DNA of 31,139 nucleotides from Candidatus Thorarchaeota archaeon (GCA_048884785.1 JBHLQM010000022.1:15664-46802), one strand, 5' to 3'; positions 17,291 through 27,051 are shown, numbered from the stretch's first letter. Numbers and translations: made by a program. Notes: generated by a model not told the origin, from the sequence alone.

Positions 17291-19582
17291 TTGAACCTTG
17301 ATACCGAGTCATGCAAAGTAGAGATGGGAGAAAATGCCATCCATTTGACAAATGGTATTGTCACTATCAGCTATGATACAAGGATGGGAGAGCTATCTCT
17401 CAGGTCACTCAAAGACAAAAAGACATCCTTCTCGAGGGCATATGCACTTGTGCATACGGACCGTCAAGTCTATGATTCCCGCAAGATGATTTACAAATCG
17501 TTCTCCGCACTCGATTTTGAGGAGGAGGAGGTAAAGGGAAAGGCAATAATACTGAAACTACAAGATGTCGAGAAGTCTGCAGAGCTAAGCATGAAGGTTT
17601 CGGTTTTCCAAGCCATACCAGGTTTTTCTATGGTGGTCCAGTTTAGAAATAGATCTGAAGAGTTACGGATAAAGAGTGTTGATACTTTAGTCATTGATGT
17701 GGAGGACTCCTCAAGAATAGCTACTGGATGGAACGGAAAGAACATCCGACTCTTCAAAAACGGATTCCATTCATGGGAATTAAGTCAGGCGAAGGCCATT
17801 GAAGAGGGAGAGAATTTGAGTCATATGTTCTCAGTTCTCAACAATATCGATACCAAGGAGTCACTCGTCATTGGATTTACATCTCTTTCCGAGCAGTTCT
17901 CAACAGTATCTGTGCATGGCAGAAAGGAGGAAAAATCAAGGCTAGCCTCAATTGCTGCATCAGTGCAGACAGATGATATTCCTGTTACTGAGAAAGACTC
18001 TCTGGTAAGCGAAGAGATGATTGTACTTTGGGGAAATAATGCACTTGAGAACCTCTCGCTCTATATGGACATGATTGCCCTACGCATGGACGCCAAGAAA
18101 TGGAAGAATACACCTGTTGGATGGTGCTCTTGGTATTTCTACTATACAATGCCTGACGAAGCCGAGATAATCGAAAACACTGATTATCTGAAGAATAGGT
18201 ATAATGGGCAAATTGCATGGATTCAGATAGATGATGGCTATCAGAAAAGGGTTGGTGACTGGGAAGAAAACTCTAGATTCAGTAGCGGCCTCGAAAACCT
18301 AGTGAAAGAAATAAGAAAGCGAGAGTTCAGAGCTGGTATCTGGACTGCTCCGTTCGTTGCATCAGAACATTCAGATTTGTTCAAGGATAAGCGTGACTGG
18401 TTTGTCAAAGATAAAGAAGGAAATCCCATTATTGTGGGAGAGAATCCTCTCTGGCTTGGAAATTACTATGCACTTGACCTCACCAATCCTAGCGTAATCA
18501 AACACATTAAGAAGACCTTCAAAAAGCTGAAAGATCAGGGATTCGAGTATTTCAAAATCGATTTTCTATACCATGCCACTTGTCAAGGAAATCGCTATGA
18601 CAATAACATGACAACCGCACAGGCGATAAGACAGGGACTTGTGGCAATTCGTGATATCGTGGGTGAAGACCTCGTTCTTGGATGCGGGGCTCCTCTTGGT
18701 GTATGCGTAGGTCTGGTAGACATGATGCGCATTGGGACAGACATTGGGACGAATTGGAGATACGATTGGGGAGGAGGAGTGTATGAATGCTCAGTGAATA
18801 CAATGACACGTGCAGTGATGCATGATCGTCTTTGGATTAATGATCCAGATTGCATTCTTGTTCGCCAAGATGATAATGACCTCACTGAGGATGAAGTCAA
18901 GCTATGGCTGACTATTGTATCGCTGAGTGGCGGCGCAGTTCTGATGAGCGATAGAATGATGGAAGTTTCTGAGGAGCGTCTAGCACTTGTTGACAAGCTG
19001 CTGCCACCATATGGAAAAAGCGCAAAAGCTATAGATTCTCTTGAGAACATGAACCCGAGCATTTTTGGTCTTCCTATCAGCAGCGAGAATGGAAAATCTG
19101 CTGTAGTGGCCGCTATCAATTTGAATGAAAATCCCATAGATGTGACAATAAAGATGGAGGACTTGGGTCTGGACAGGGAAGTCCCTCATCATGTCTTCGA
19201 TTTCTGGGCACAAGAATATCATGGGCTCTCGGAAGATAGTGTGTCAATCCTAAATCTCAGACCTCACAGCTGCCGACTCTTCGCAATAAAACCTGAAGCA
19301 AAGACGCCAACGATTCTCAGTACCAGTATTCATGTGACTCAAGGATTGGTTGAACTTGGTGATTTGGATTGGAATAGCGGAGGCAACGAACTCAGTATGC
19401 GCCTCACTAAAAGCACCAAATCTGACGAAGCAATCTTCATAGTCTTCGGAAATGAGTGGATTCCTTCAAGAGCTTATGTGAATGATGAGCTCGTTCAATT
19501 CGAACAGGTGGCTGCAGAAGTTGTGGCAGTGCGACATAAATACAAAATGGGCGATACAGTTAGAGTCAAGTTCACTCAGTAA
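17291..19582 (+). CDS. Glycoside hydrolase family 36 (alpha-galactosidase-like)
   Basis: Motifs GWCSW, QIDDGYQ, GIWTAPF, LDLTNP, YFKIDF (nucleophile), MRIGTD (acid/base), NDPD. Confidence 0.92.
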   Translation: MNLDTESCKVEMGENAIHLTNGIVTISYDTRMGELSLRSLKDKKTSFSRAYALVHTDRQVYDSRKMIYKSFSALDFEEEEVKGKAIILKLQDVEKSAELSMKVSVFQAIPGFSMVVQFRNRSEELRIKSVDTLVIDVEDSSRIATGWNGKNIRLFKNGFHSWELSQAKAIEEGENLSHMFSVLNNIDTKESLVIGFTSLSEQFSTVSVHGRKEEKSRLASIAASVQTDDIPVTEKDSLVSEEMIVLWGNNALENLSLYMDMIALRMDAKKWKNTPVGWCSWYFYYTMPDEAEIIENTDYLKNRYNGQIAWIQIDDGYQKRVGDWEENSRFSSGLENLVKEIRKREFRAGIWTAPFVASEHSDLFKDKRDWFVKDKEGNPIIVGENPLWLGNYYALDLTNPSVIKHIKKTFKKLKDQGFEYFKIDFLYHATCQGNRYDNNMTTAQAIRQGLVAIRDIVGEDLVLGCGAPLGVCVGLVDMMRIGTDIGTNWRYDWGGGVYECSVNTMTRAVMHDRLWINDPDCILVRQDDNDLTEDEVKLWLTIVSLSGGAVLMSDRMMEVSEERLALVDKLLPPYGKSAKAIDSLENMNPSIFGLPISSENGKSAVVAAINLNENPIDVTIKMEDLGLDREVPHHVFDFWAQEYHGLSEDSVSILNLRPHSCRLFAIKPEAKTPTILSTSIHVTQGLVELGDLDWNSGGNELSMRLTKSTKSDEAIFIVFGNEWIPSRAYVNDELVQFEQVAAEVVAVRHKYKMGDTVRVKFTQ

Positions 19583-19583
19583 A

Positions 19584-20486
19584 TCAGACAACCTTGTTGC
19601 AAAGGTGTCCAATCTTCTCTATGAATAAATCCACCTCATCGCCATGCTTTAGGTACTCAGGAGGGTCTCGTGCAAATCCAACCCCAGACGGCGTTCCTGT
19701 TGCAATGACATCACCAGGCTCCAACGTGAATGACTGAGAAAGGTATGAAATGATTTGCCTAACATTGAAGAGCATGTTAGAAGTATTGGAATCCTGTTTG
19801 GTCACACCGTTGACTTTTGTGGACATCTTTAGACCCGAACCGTCTCCAATCTCATCTACCGTAACAATACACGGGCCCATGGGACAGAACGTATCGATTG
19901 ATTTGGCACGAATCCATTGACCATCGCTTCGCTGCAAGTCCCTAGCACTCACATCATGAACGATAGTATATCCTGCAACATGGGTGAGGGCATCTTCCTC
20001 CGATATATTTTGACATGCTTGCCCAATTATCACACCCAGCTCAACTTCCCAATCAATCTTCTTGCTAACACTCGGAATCTCAATATTTTCGTTTGGTCCA
20101 ATAACTGATGATGGAAATTTCGCAAAGATGACAGGAAACCCGGGTACTTCTCTTCTGGTTTCTTCAGCATGTTCTCGGTAGTTCAACCCAAGAGCTACAA
20201 TTTTTCCAGGACGACTGATGGGAGCAAGAAGTTTCACGTCAGATGCATCATAGAGCAGAGGTCTTTCATCTGCAGAAGTCTTGTGAAATCTACCGAGGAT
20301 TTGACGGACCACCTCAATTCCTGCAGGCCATTTGAGAAGATCTATCATTGTTGAGGGGAACATCTTTCCATGAACATGATGCATTCTTCCGAATCGGGAT
20401 GCGGCATCAGGGATATCCAAGACACCATCTTCCAATTCTACTCCAATTGATGGAACTCCTAACCGAGTGTAGGTGACCAGCCGCAT
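19584..20486 (-). CDS. Fumarylacetoacetate hydrolase family protein
   Basis: Motifs GLNYREH, DWEVELGVIIG, DVSARDLQ, W...KSIDTFCPMGP, TLEPGDVIATGTPSGVG. Confidence 0.95.
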   Translation of the reverse strand: MRLVTYTRLGVPSIGVELEDGVLDIPDAASRFGRMHHVHGKMFPSTMIDLLKWPAGIEVVRQILGRFHKTSADERPLLYDASDVKLLAPISRPGKIVALGLNYREHAEETRREVPGFPVIFAKFPSSVIGPNENIEIPSVSKKIDWEVELGVIIGQACQNISEEDALTHVAGYTIVHDVSARDLQRSDGQWIRAKSIDTFCPMGPCIVTVDEIGDGSGLKMSTKVNGVTKQDSNTSNMLFNVRQIISYLSQSFTLEPGDVIATGTPSGVGFARDPPEYLKHGDEVDLFIEKIGHLCNKVV

Positions 20487-20549
20487 GGAATAAGTAGGAC
20501 AAGCGGTTCATTTATCCGTAGTGGTGACTGTTTAGCGAGCGTAAAAACC

Positions 20550-20879
20550 ATGAAAGAGCCCAGAACTCTAGATGAGCTGCCCGATCAGGTATTTGTTGCT
20601 TTGGGAAGACGTGGAATGGAAGGAATCCCTCTCAAAGAGTGCACATACAGCTGCGGCGGAACCGAGCTGTCGCTCATTGAGGTCTCTAGTAGTCCTGAAA
20701 ATATCTCTGGGAGCGGGACTGAAACAGTGGTAGAGGATTGGAGAGTCAAATGTAGCAAATGTGAGAAACCTTTCACGATAAGATGCAGAATCAGATATCA
20801 CGATAGGGAAAGGATGGACACCATGGTCAACATCATTGACGATAATGGAAAGGATTTAGGTTGGCTTGGTAGCTATTAA
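20550..20879 (+). CDS. Small hypothetical Zn-ribbon-like protein
   Basis: Cys pairs CTYSC and CSKC. First gene of the dehydrogenase/hydro-lyase operon (11-nt gap to the next gene). Confidence 0.7.
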   Translation: MKEPRTLDELPDQVFVALGRRGMEGIPLKECTYSCGGTELSLIEVSSSPENISGSGTETVVEDWRVKCSKCEKPFTIRCRIRYHDRERMDTMVNIIDDNGKDLGWLGSY

Positions 20880-20890
20880 GGTGATTCCAA

Positions 20891-22039
20891 TTGGGGAGAA
20901 CATACAAGATTTCTGTATTGCCTGGCGATGGCGTTGGCAGAGAGGTGACACCTCAAGCCCTACGTGTAATGAAGTCAGCCGCGGAAAAGACCTCTGGTTT
21001 TGAATTGGATGTGCATGAGTTTGAAGTGGGGGGAGAGTATTTCCTCAGGGAGAAAAGAGAGTGGTCCCAAGAGGCTGAAGAATTCACAAAATCAGAGGCG
21101 GATGCAGTTCTACTTGGCGCAGTTGGAGCAAACCATCCCAATGGTAAACCTGTATTGAGACAAGATGGCCATCTGGCGGGATATAGTATTGTGATTGGGT
21201 TGCGATTGGATCTTCAGCTTTTTGCCAATGTGCGGCCCGTAAAACTCTACGAAGGCGTGCCAACTCCATTGGCCGAGAAGACTCATCGAGATATCGATAT
21301 GGTGATGATTCGAGAAAATACAGAGGGATTATATGCACGACAAGACGACCCATCGAAATCCGCTGATGCCGAAACTGTCATTGACAAGCGGGTCATAACG
21401 CGAAACGCGAGTAGACGTGTGACGAAGTATGCTTTCGAACAGGCAATGAAACGGAATGGGGCTCCAATTGATGGTGTAAAAAGAGTGACTTGCGTTGACA
21501 AGAGTAACCTTCTTGCTGGGTGTCAATTATTCCGGAATTCATTTGATGAGATGAGCAAATCATTTCCAGAAGTGGCAACCGATTATGCATACGTAGATGC
21601 ATTCACACAATGGGTGATTCGAAAGCCAGAGTTCTATGATGTTGTCGTTGCACCAAATGAGTTTGGAGATATTATAACTGATCTTGGAGGGGCAATTCAA
21701 GGTGGGTTGGGAATGGCACCAGCTGGGAGTATTGGCTTCAAACATGCAGTTTTTGAGCCAGTACATGGCTCAGCACCAAAGCACTATGGAAAGGGGATCT
21801 CTAATCCAATTGCTTCAATTCTCTCAAGTGCAATGCTATTGAAATGGATTGGAGATATGCATGAAGATGAGAGCTGCAGAATTGCAGGAGGACTCATTGA
21901 GAGAGGAGTTGAAAAGGTCCTTAGAGATGGAAGAATCCGAACCTATGACCTCTGTCAGGGATTATGGAGTTCAGTTACGCCAGCATCAACCCAAGAAGTA
22001 ACAGATGCGATTATTACATCGATGAACGGAGGCGAATAA
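20891..22039 (+). CDS. Isocitrate/isopropylmalate/homoisocitrate dehydrogenase family protein
   Basis: Motifs PGDGVGREV, LR..LQLFANVRP, IRENTEGLY, VDKSN, YVDA, NEFGDIITD, FEPVHGSAP. Confidence 0.93.
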   Translation: MGRTYKISVLPGDGVGREVTPQALRVMKSAAEKTSGFELDVHEFEVGGEYFLREKREWSQEAEEFTKSEADAVLLGAVGANHPNGKPVLRQDGHLAGYSIVIGLRLDLQLFANVRPVKLYEGVPTPLAEKTHRDIDMVMIRENTEGLYARQDDPSKSADAETVIDKRVITRNASRRVTKYAFEQAMKRNGAPIDGVKRVTCVDKSNLLAGCQLFRNSFDEMSKSFPEVATDYAYVDAFTQWVIRKPEFYDVVVAPNEFGDIITDLGGAIQGGLGMAPAGSIGFKHAVFEPVHGSAPKHYGKGISNPIASILSSAMLLKWIGDMHEDESCRIAGGLIERGVEKVLRDGRIRTYDLCQGLWSSVTPASTQEVTDAIITSMNGGE

Positions 22040-22041
22040 CA

Positions 22042-23307
22042 ATGTCCCAAACACTTGCTGAGAAGATTCTTGCCGCTCATACTGATGATAGAAAGGCAAT
22101 CGCTGGGGAGATAATTGATGCCTTCGTTGATTTCATCATGGTCCACGAAGTTTTAGGTTCCCGAATAATGCCTGTACTTGAGGAGATGGGCTTTGAGAAA
22201 GTATGGGATCCCACTCGTGTACTGGTGGTTAATGACCATTGGGCTCCAGCATCAGATGCAGATAGCGCGAAGATACACATTGAAAATAGAAGGTTTGTAC
22301 GCGAACAAGGGATCAAGTACTTCTGCGATGTAGACTGTGGCATCTCACATCAGGTGCTTGCCGAAAGAGGTCTGGCGGCACCAGGCGACCTCATCATTGG
22401 TAGCGATTCGCATTCAACCACTTATGGTGCATTCAATGCATTCTCAACAGGGTTGGCGGCAACTGATAGCGCACTCATTCTCGCAACTGGTCGAATTTGG
22501 CTGAGAGTCCCGGAGTCTATAAGAATCGATGTCTCAGGAGAATTCGGTCCAAGAATCATGAGCAAAGACCTCATCCTTCGGATAGTTCGAGACCTTGGAA
22601 CTGATGGTGCAAATTACCAATCAATTGAACTCCATGGACCTACGATAGAAGACATGACCGTTGGGTCTCGAATGACCATGTGCAACATGAGTGTTGAAGC
22701 AGGAGCCAAATGTTGCATAATGACAGTGAGTGACCAAGTGACAAAATGGCTTGCGGAACGAGCCCCTGGTCGGCAATGGAAGGCTGTTGCCCCTGATGAA
22801 GATGCTGAATATTCTGAACGGATTCATCTCGATCTCAAACAGGAACCATTGGAACCAATGGTTGCATTGCCACACAGCCCAGCAAATGGCAAAGTGGTCT
22901 CTGAGGTAGACCCAGTTGAGATCGATCAAGCATTCATTGGCTCCTGCACGAATGGAAGGCTAGAAGACCTGAAAATAGCAGCAGAGATTGTCAAGGGAAA
23001 GCGTATTCATTCTGGGGTGAGGATGATTGTCACACCTGCAAGCAGGGATACCTATCTTGCTGCCTTGAAGGAAGGTGTTGTTGAGACTCTGATGCAGGCG
23101 GGAGCCATAGTAACCAACTCAACGTGTGGAGCATGCGTTGGGGGGCATCTCGGTGTTTTGGGGCCTGGTGAGGTCTGTATTTCAAGTACAAACAGGAACT
23201 TCAGAGGAAGGATGGGCCACCCGGACTCACTGGTCTATCTTGCATCTCCGGCGACGGTTGCGGCAAGTGCTTTGGTAGGCCATATCGCTGATCCACGGGA
23301 GGTGTGA
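22042..23307 (+). CDS. Aconitase-family hydro-lyase large subunit (LeuC/HacA/AksD type)
   Basis: Motifs MSQTLAEKIL, DH, GSDSHSTTYGA, GSCTNGR, CGACVG, STNRNF.GRMG, LASP..VAASA. The start is most likely ATG 22042. Confidence 0.95.
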   Translation: MSQTLAEKILAAHTDDRKAIAGEIIDAFVDFIMVHEVLGSRIMPVLEEMGFEKVWDPTRVLVVNDHWAPASDADSAKIHIENRRFVREQGIKYFCDVDCGISHQVLAERGLAAPGDLIIGSDSHSTTYGAFNAFSTGLAATDSALILATGRIWLRVPESIRIDVSGEFGPRIMSKDLILRIVRDLGTDGANYQSIELHGPTIEDMTVGSRMTMCNMSVEAGAKCCIMTVSDQVTKWLAERAPGRQWKAVAPDEDAEYSERIHLDLKQEPLEPMVALPHSPANGKVVSEVDPVEIDQAFIGSCTNGRLEDLKIAAEIVKGKRIHSGVRMIVTPASRDTYLAALKEGVVETLMQAGAIVTNSTCGACVGGHLGVLGPGEVCISSTNRNFRGRMGHPDSLVYLASPATVAASALVGHIADPREV

Positions 23308-23816
23308 AGATGTCCGCTGAAGGAAACCTGATTAAAGGCAAGGTGAAGCGCTTTGGTAATGACATAAACACGGACCAGATAATTCAGGGACGATATCTGA
23401 AACTTCTTGACTACGATGAAATGGCCAAGCACACCTTTGAAGTCATTCGTCCTGATTTCGCCAGCAGTGTTGAAGAGGGAGATATTGTCGTTGGCGGCAG
23501 GAACTTTGGCAGCGGTTCATCCCGAGAGGAAGCTCCGATGGTGCTCAAAGTCCTCGGCATTGGTTGTATTATTGCAGAATCATTTTCAAGAATATTCTAC
23601 CGGAATGCATTCAATATAGGACTGCCAGCTCTAGTTGTGCCCAACATCTCTGAACAAGTAACTGAGGGCAATATAATCCTGGTAGATCTGCAGAGTGGTA
23701 AGGTCATAATCATGGAAACAGGCATGGAGCTACATGGCGATAGGATTCCTGAGAGAATGCTCGAGTTACTAAAGGCTGGGGGCGCAATCCCCTGGTTTAA
23801 GAAACATAGGGCATGA
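23304..23816 (+). CDS. Aconitase-family hydro-lyase small subunit (LeuD/HacB/AksE type)
   Basis: Motifs DINTDQII..RYL, NFGSGSSREEA, SFSRIFYRNAFNIGLP, AGG. GTGA overlap with the large subunit. Confidence 0.95.
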   Translation: MKMSAEGNLIKGKVKRFGNDINTDQIIQGRYLKLLDYDEMAKHTFEVIRPDFASSVEEGDIVVGGRNFGSGSSREEAPMVLKVLGIGCIIAESFSRIFYRNAFNIGLPALVVPNISEQVTEGNIILVDLQSGKVIIMETGMELHGDRIPERMLELLKAGGAIPWFKKHRA

Positions 23817-23902
23817 TTAAAAGGAGACTGATTCTATTACTAGAAAACCCTAATAGCCCTCAAACTTGCTTCAAGGGATAGTTGTTACAATGAGGTTTAC
23901 TC

Positions 23903-25684
23903 ATGAATGTAATGGTGTTTCTTCTCATTTCCTTAATTGTGCATGCCGTTCCCATCCCATATGACAGGGGAATGCTACGCTTCAATAGACTGTTGAAGTG
24001 GCTTCCTGTCAGAATGATATGGGGAACAGTCGCTTGGATCTTCATCTGCTTGATTGTTGGGATGACCCTGCCATGGGCACTCATCAGTCTTGTGATGAGC
24101 TTTGCACTCCTTCTGCTATTCGCAGGAGGTCTTAGACCAGGTAACATCGAGCAGATGATAGAGCGTGCGAGAATGCCTCTCATGTGCATTGGTCTGCTTA
24201 TAATCATAATAATGCCAGTCTTTTCTGGAATTATAGGCTGGACTTCTGATGTTTCAAATGCTCAGTATGTGAATGATTATTTCATTATTGAATCAGACGA
24301 GCCTCTTTTCTCATCACCAATCTTGGATGACCATGTCCGGCTTGTGACGGATGCCTATGCCTCATATGTGGCTCGTCAGCAGTTTGCATCGATTGGTTCA
24401 AACATTGAGATAGCTGCAGCACACATAACCACGAGAGGTGATAGGCTTGTCTGGGTCTGTGTTGTCGTCTCTACCAATGTATTGGCAGAGAACTATGTGA
24501 AAGCACTGATTGTGGTTGATGCCAATGACCCAACAAATGTCGAGGTCATTACAGACGTGCAGATTCCAGTGGGAGAAGGGCTATTCTGGGACCGTAATAT
24601 CCAATTTGGCAACTACCTCAGCGACATGACAAATGCCTATGAGTATGCATACCCGACGTGGGATCCACTTGGGAACTTGGTCTATGTCCAGACCAGAACT
24701 CAACTCGGCTTTGACTTTGTTGAGCGTCCGCTTGGACCTGTTATCTACTGCCAGAATGGTTCTATATTCTATTTTGATACTGTTGAGGACACACCAGATT
24801 GGGTCACACAGGCGTATAGCGAAGAGTGGCTTGAACGTCAGGTAAACCGTTGGGGTGGCTATCGAAGAGGAAGTGGCTTTGATCTCTTTGCAGGAGGCTT
24901 TCTCTGGGCCATTCAGCCTTCCAATGACCGACTCGAGATGACTGAAGACACCCGGTACATCCTGAATCCTGATACCGACCTTGTTGAGGGCATTGTCACA
25001 GTACACCCTCCAGGTTCATCTTCGCTCACTCTCAGTGGAGTACTTCGAGCAACAAAGCAAGGCATCTTCTATCATGACCTGAGCGCCGAGGGAATTCAGA
25101 GTGGTGAGGCAGCCATTAATGAGGTGATAAAGGCATTTCCACAGCCGGTCACAGGCTCATACTTTGGTGCGATGCCCCTCCTGTATCCTGTTCAGGTGAA
25201 TGCAACATACTACAGGTATGCATGGTATTGCCCAATCTACTGGCTTGATGGCTACTATGATTCAGAATCTGAGGAATACTACATTCTGGATATTCGTCTG
25301 CATGCTTTCGCAATGGCGGATGCCAAGGATGTCACAACATCCTTCATGTTAGAGAGAACCGGAAGTCTGCGAGGAGCAGCGTTGGTGCAGGCAGTTAGAG
25401 AAGGTTGGGTCGAAGAAATAGGTGGAGAGATAATTGAGGAACCAGTGGATACATTCAATCTTACTGCAAATGTGACCAGTGTTAGCTCCTATGTTGAGGA
25501 CGGTGACACTCGCATTGTTCTGGGTACTAGCAATGCAACATACCAGTTCATCGAGGGGGCACGATCGTGGATGAACCTGACTGACTGGTACACACTTCTG
25601 AACTTGGCTGTGGATGATAATTTCACTGCAACCATTCAGGTAGTGGGAGAACAATATAGAATAGTAGCAATTGTAAAGAACTAG
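23903..25684 (+). CDS. Uncharacterised membrane protein: 3-4 N-terminal TM helices plus a large beta-rich extracytoplasmic domain
   Basis: 593-aa ORF with a hydrophobic N-terminus, then a Tyr/Trp/Asp-rich domain with N-glycosylation sequons. The start may be ATG 23972. Confidence 0.75.
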   Translation: MNVMVFLLISLIVHAVPIPYDRGMLRFNRLLKWLPVRMIWGTVAWIFICLIVGMTLPWALISLVMSFALLLLFAGGLRPGNIEQMIERARMPLMCIGLLIIIIMPVFSGIIGWTSDVSNAQYVNDYFIIESDEPLFSSPILDDHVRLVTDAYASYVARQQFASIGSNIEIAAAHITTRGDRLVWVCVVVSTNVLAENYVKALIVVDANDPTNVEVITDVQIPVGEGLFWDRNIQFGNYLSDMTNAYEYAYPTWDPLGNLVYVQTRTQLGFDFVERPLGPVIYCQNGSIFYFDTVEDTPDWVTQAYSEEWLERQVNRWGGYRRGSGFDLFAGGFLWAIQPSNDRLEMTEDTRYILNPDTDLVEGIVTVHPPGSSSLTLSGVLRATKQGIFYHDLSAEGIQSGEAAINEVIKAFPQPVTGSYFGAMPLLYPVQVNATYYRYAWYCPIYWLDGYYDSESEEYYILDIRLHAFAMADAKDVTTSFMLERTGSLRGAALVQAVREGWVEEIGGEIIEEPVDTFNLTANVTSVSSYVEDGDTRIVLGTSNATYQFIEGARSWMNLTDWYTLLNLAVDDNFTATIQVVGEQYRIVAIVKN

Positions 25685-25685
25685 A

Positions 25686-25720
25686 GAGTTGGGCAATACC
25701 CAACTCCATCTTCATTTTTT
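25686..25720 (+). terminator. Hairpin terminator between convergent genes
   Basis: GAGTTGGG-caata-CCCAACTC is a perfect 8-bp stem right after the stop, followed by a pyrimidine/T6 run. Confidence 0.6.
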
Positions 25721-25832
25721 GCTTTTCACGAGCTCTTCATCTTTGCTCTCATTGCTTCGTATTTGCTTCTCTTGCTCCCCATATCCTTGATTTTCTTGAT
25801 ACGAAAGCAATGGCATGAATGGCACACTCGTG

Positions 25833-26996
25833 CTATAACATCTGTTTAAAGACTTCCCGCTGAATTAGGAATCTAAGAATCTCTGCGGTTCCACCACCGA
25901 TTGTCATGAGTCTTGAGTCTCTGAGGAATCGTTCTACAGGATAGTCTGTGGTATATCCCATACCTCCGAGTATCTGCAGAGCATCATTAGAGATGGCAAT
26001 CGCGGCTTCCGTAGTGAATAGCTTGGCGATAGATGCCTCCTTTGTTATCTTCTGACCCTTGTCATACATTCGTGCTGCGGTAAGAGTGAGCGCTCTTCCT
26101 GCTTCCAGTTTCGTTGCCATATCTGCAATCTTGAAACTGACTCCCTCAAACTCGCGAATCTTACGGCCAAATTGCTGTCGCTCATCTGAATATTTGACAG
26201 CCACCTCATAGGGAGTACGAGCGTATCCAATGGCCTCTGCGGCAATTGCAGTACGTTCGCTATCTAATTCATCCATGAGGATATGGAATCCCTGTCCCAA
26301 GTCGCCAAGAATCATCTCTGGGCCAATTCGAAAATTATCAAGTTTTAGCCATGAGACCCTGGCAGATTTCATTCCCAAGAGGTCATGGTCCTTTACAACA
26401 CTGAACCCATCTTTCTTTGTATCAACAATGAAGGCAGTCATTCCCTTCTTTGAATTGACAGTGGGATCAGTAATGGCAAAACAGCACATGAAGTCAGCCT
26501 GACTTCCGTTTGTGATGAAGCGCTTCTCTCCATTGATGACCCATTCATCACCATCTCGTGTCGCCTGTGTCTTCATCCCAGCTGTATCGGATCCCACATC
26601 AGGTTCTGTGATACCGATGCACCCTATCTTTTCACCCTTTACAACTGGTTCTAGGTACTTCTTCTTCTGTTCAGGTGTTCCAAAACGGGCAACAGGCATC
26701 CCATAGAGAGTCGTTGATGCCATACGTGCCATGTCGAGACCGCCATTTGCTGCTGAGATTTCTTCCGCCACAATAATCTCATAGGAGAGACCTCTTGCAG
26801 TTCCTCCTACATCCTTACTATGGTGGACACCCATAAAGCCGGCTTGTCCAATTTTCTTCAATAGGTCTCGCGGATATGGACCCTTGTCAATCTCGTCAGC
26901 TATTGGGTAAATCTCCTTATCACAGAAGGCACGGACTTCTTTCCTAAATTTCACCTCATCCTCGGTCCAGAGAATGTTGCTAAGATAGTCAGTCAT
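25833..26996 (-). CDS. Acyl-CoA dehydrogenase
   Basis: Motifs ITEPDVGSD, INGEKRFITNG, LDSER..IAA, RQQFGRKI..F, QILGGMGY...YPVERFLRD, IGGGTAEI. Confidence 0.96.
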   Translation of the reverse strand: MTDYLSNILWTEDEVKFRKEVRAFCDKEIYPIADEIDKGPYPRDLLKKIGQAGFMGVHHSKDVGGTARGLSYEIIVAEEISAANGGLDMARMASTTLYGMPVARFGTPEQKKKYLEPVVKGEKIGCIGITEPDVGSDTAGMKTQATRDGDEWVINGEKRFITNGSQADFMCCFAITDPTVNSKKGMTAFIVDTKKDGFSVVKDHDLLGMKSARVSWLKLDNFRIGPEMILGDLGQGFHILMDELDSERTAIAAEAIGYARTPYEVAVKYSDERQQFGRKIREFEGVSFKIADMATKLEAGRALTLTAARMYDKGQKITKEASIAKLFTTEAAIAISNDALQILGGMGYTTDYPVERFLRDSRLMTIGGGTAEILRFLIQREVFKQML

Positions 26997-27051
26997 CGTG
27001 TAAACCTATGAATTCACAAAATTCTTCTCCTTAAATCACTAACGAGAGCGG

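Noticed and set aside
20550-20879. LysW-type carrier protein (Zn ribbon, EDW) next to homoaconitase-like genes
   Set aside because: LysW is ~55 aa and must end in EDWGE. Here EDW is internal and the C-terminus is GWLGSY.
21964-22041. N-terminal extension of the hydro-lyase large subunit in the ORF track
   Set aside because: It overlaps the upstream gene; family homology starts at MSQTLAEKI (22042).
20891-23816. Assigning the gene symbols leuB/leuC/leuD
   Set aside because: Specificity residues point away from isopropylmalate, and the paralogues cannot be resolved by eye.
25749-25835. Pyrrolysine read-through of the acyl-CoA dehydrogenase TAG (and other TAG stops)
   Set aside because: The recognisable enzymes are already full-length for their families at the TAG, and this extension (27 codons) resembles nothing I recognise.
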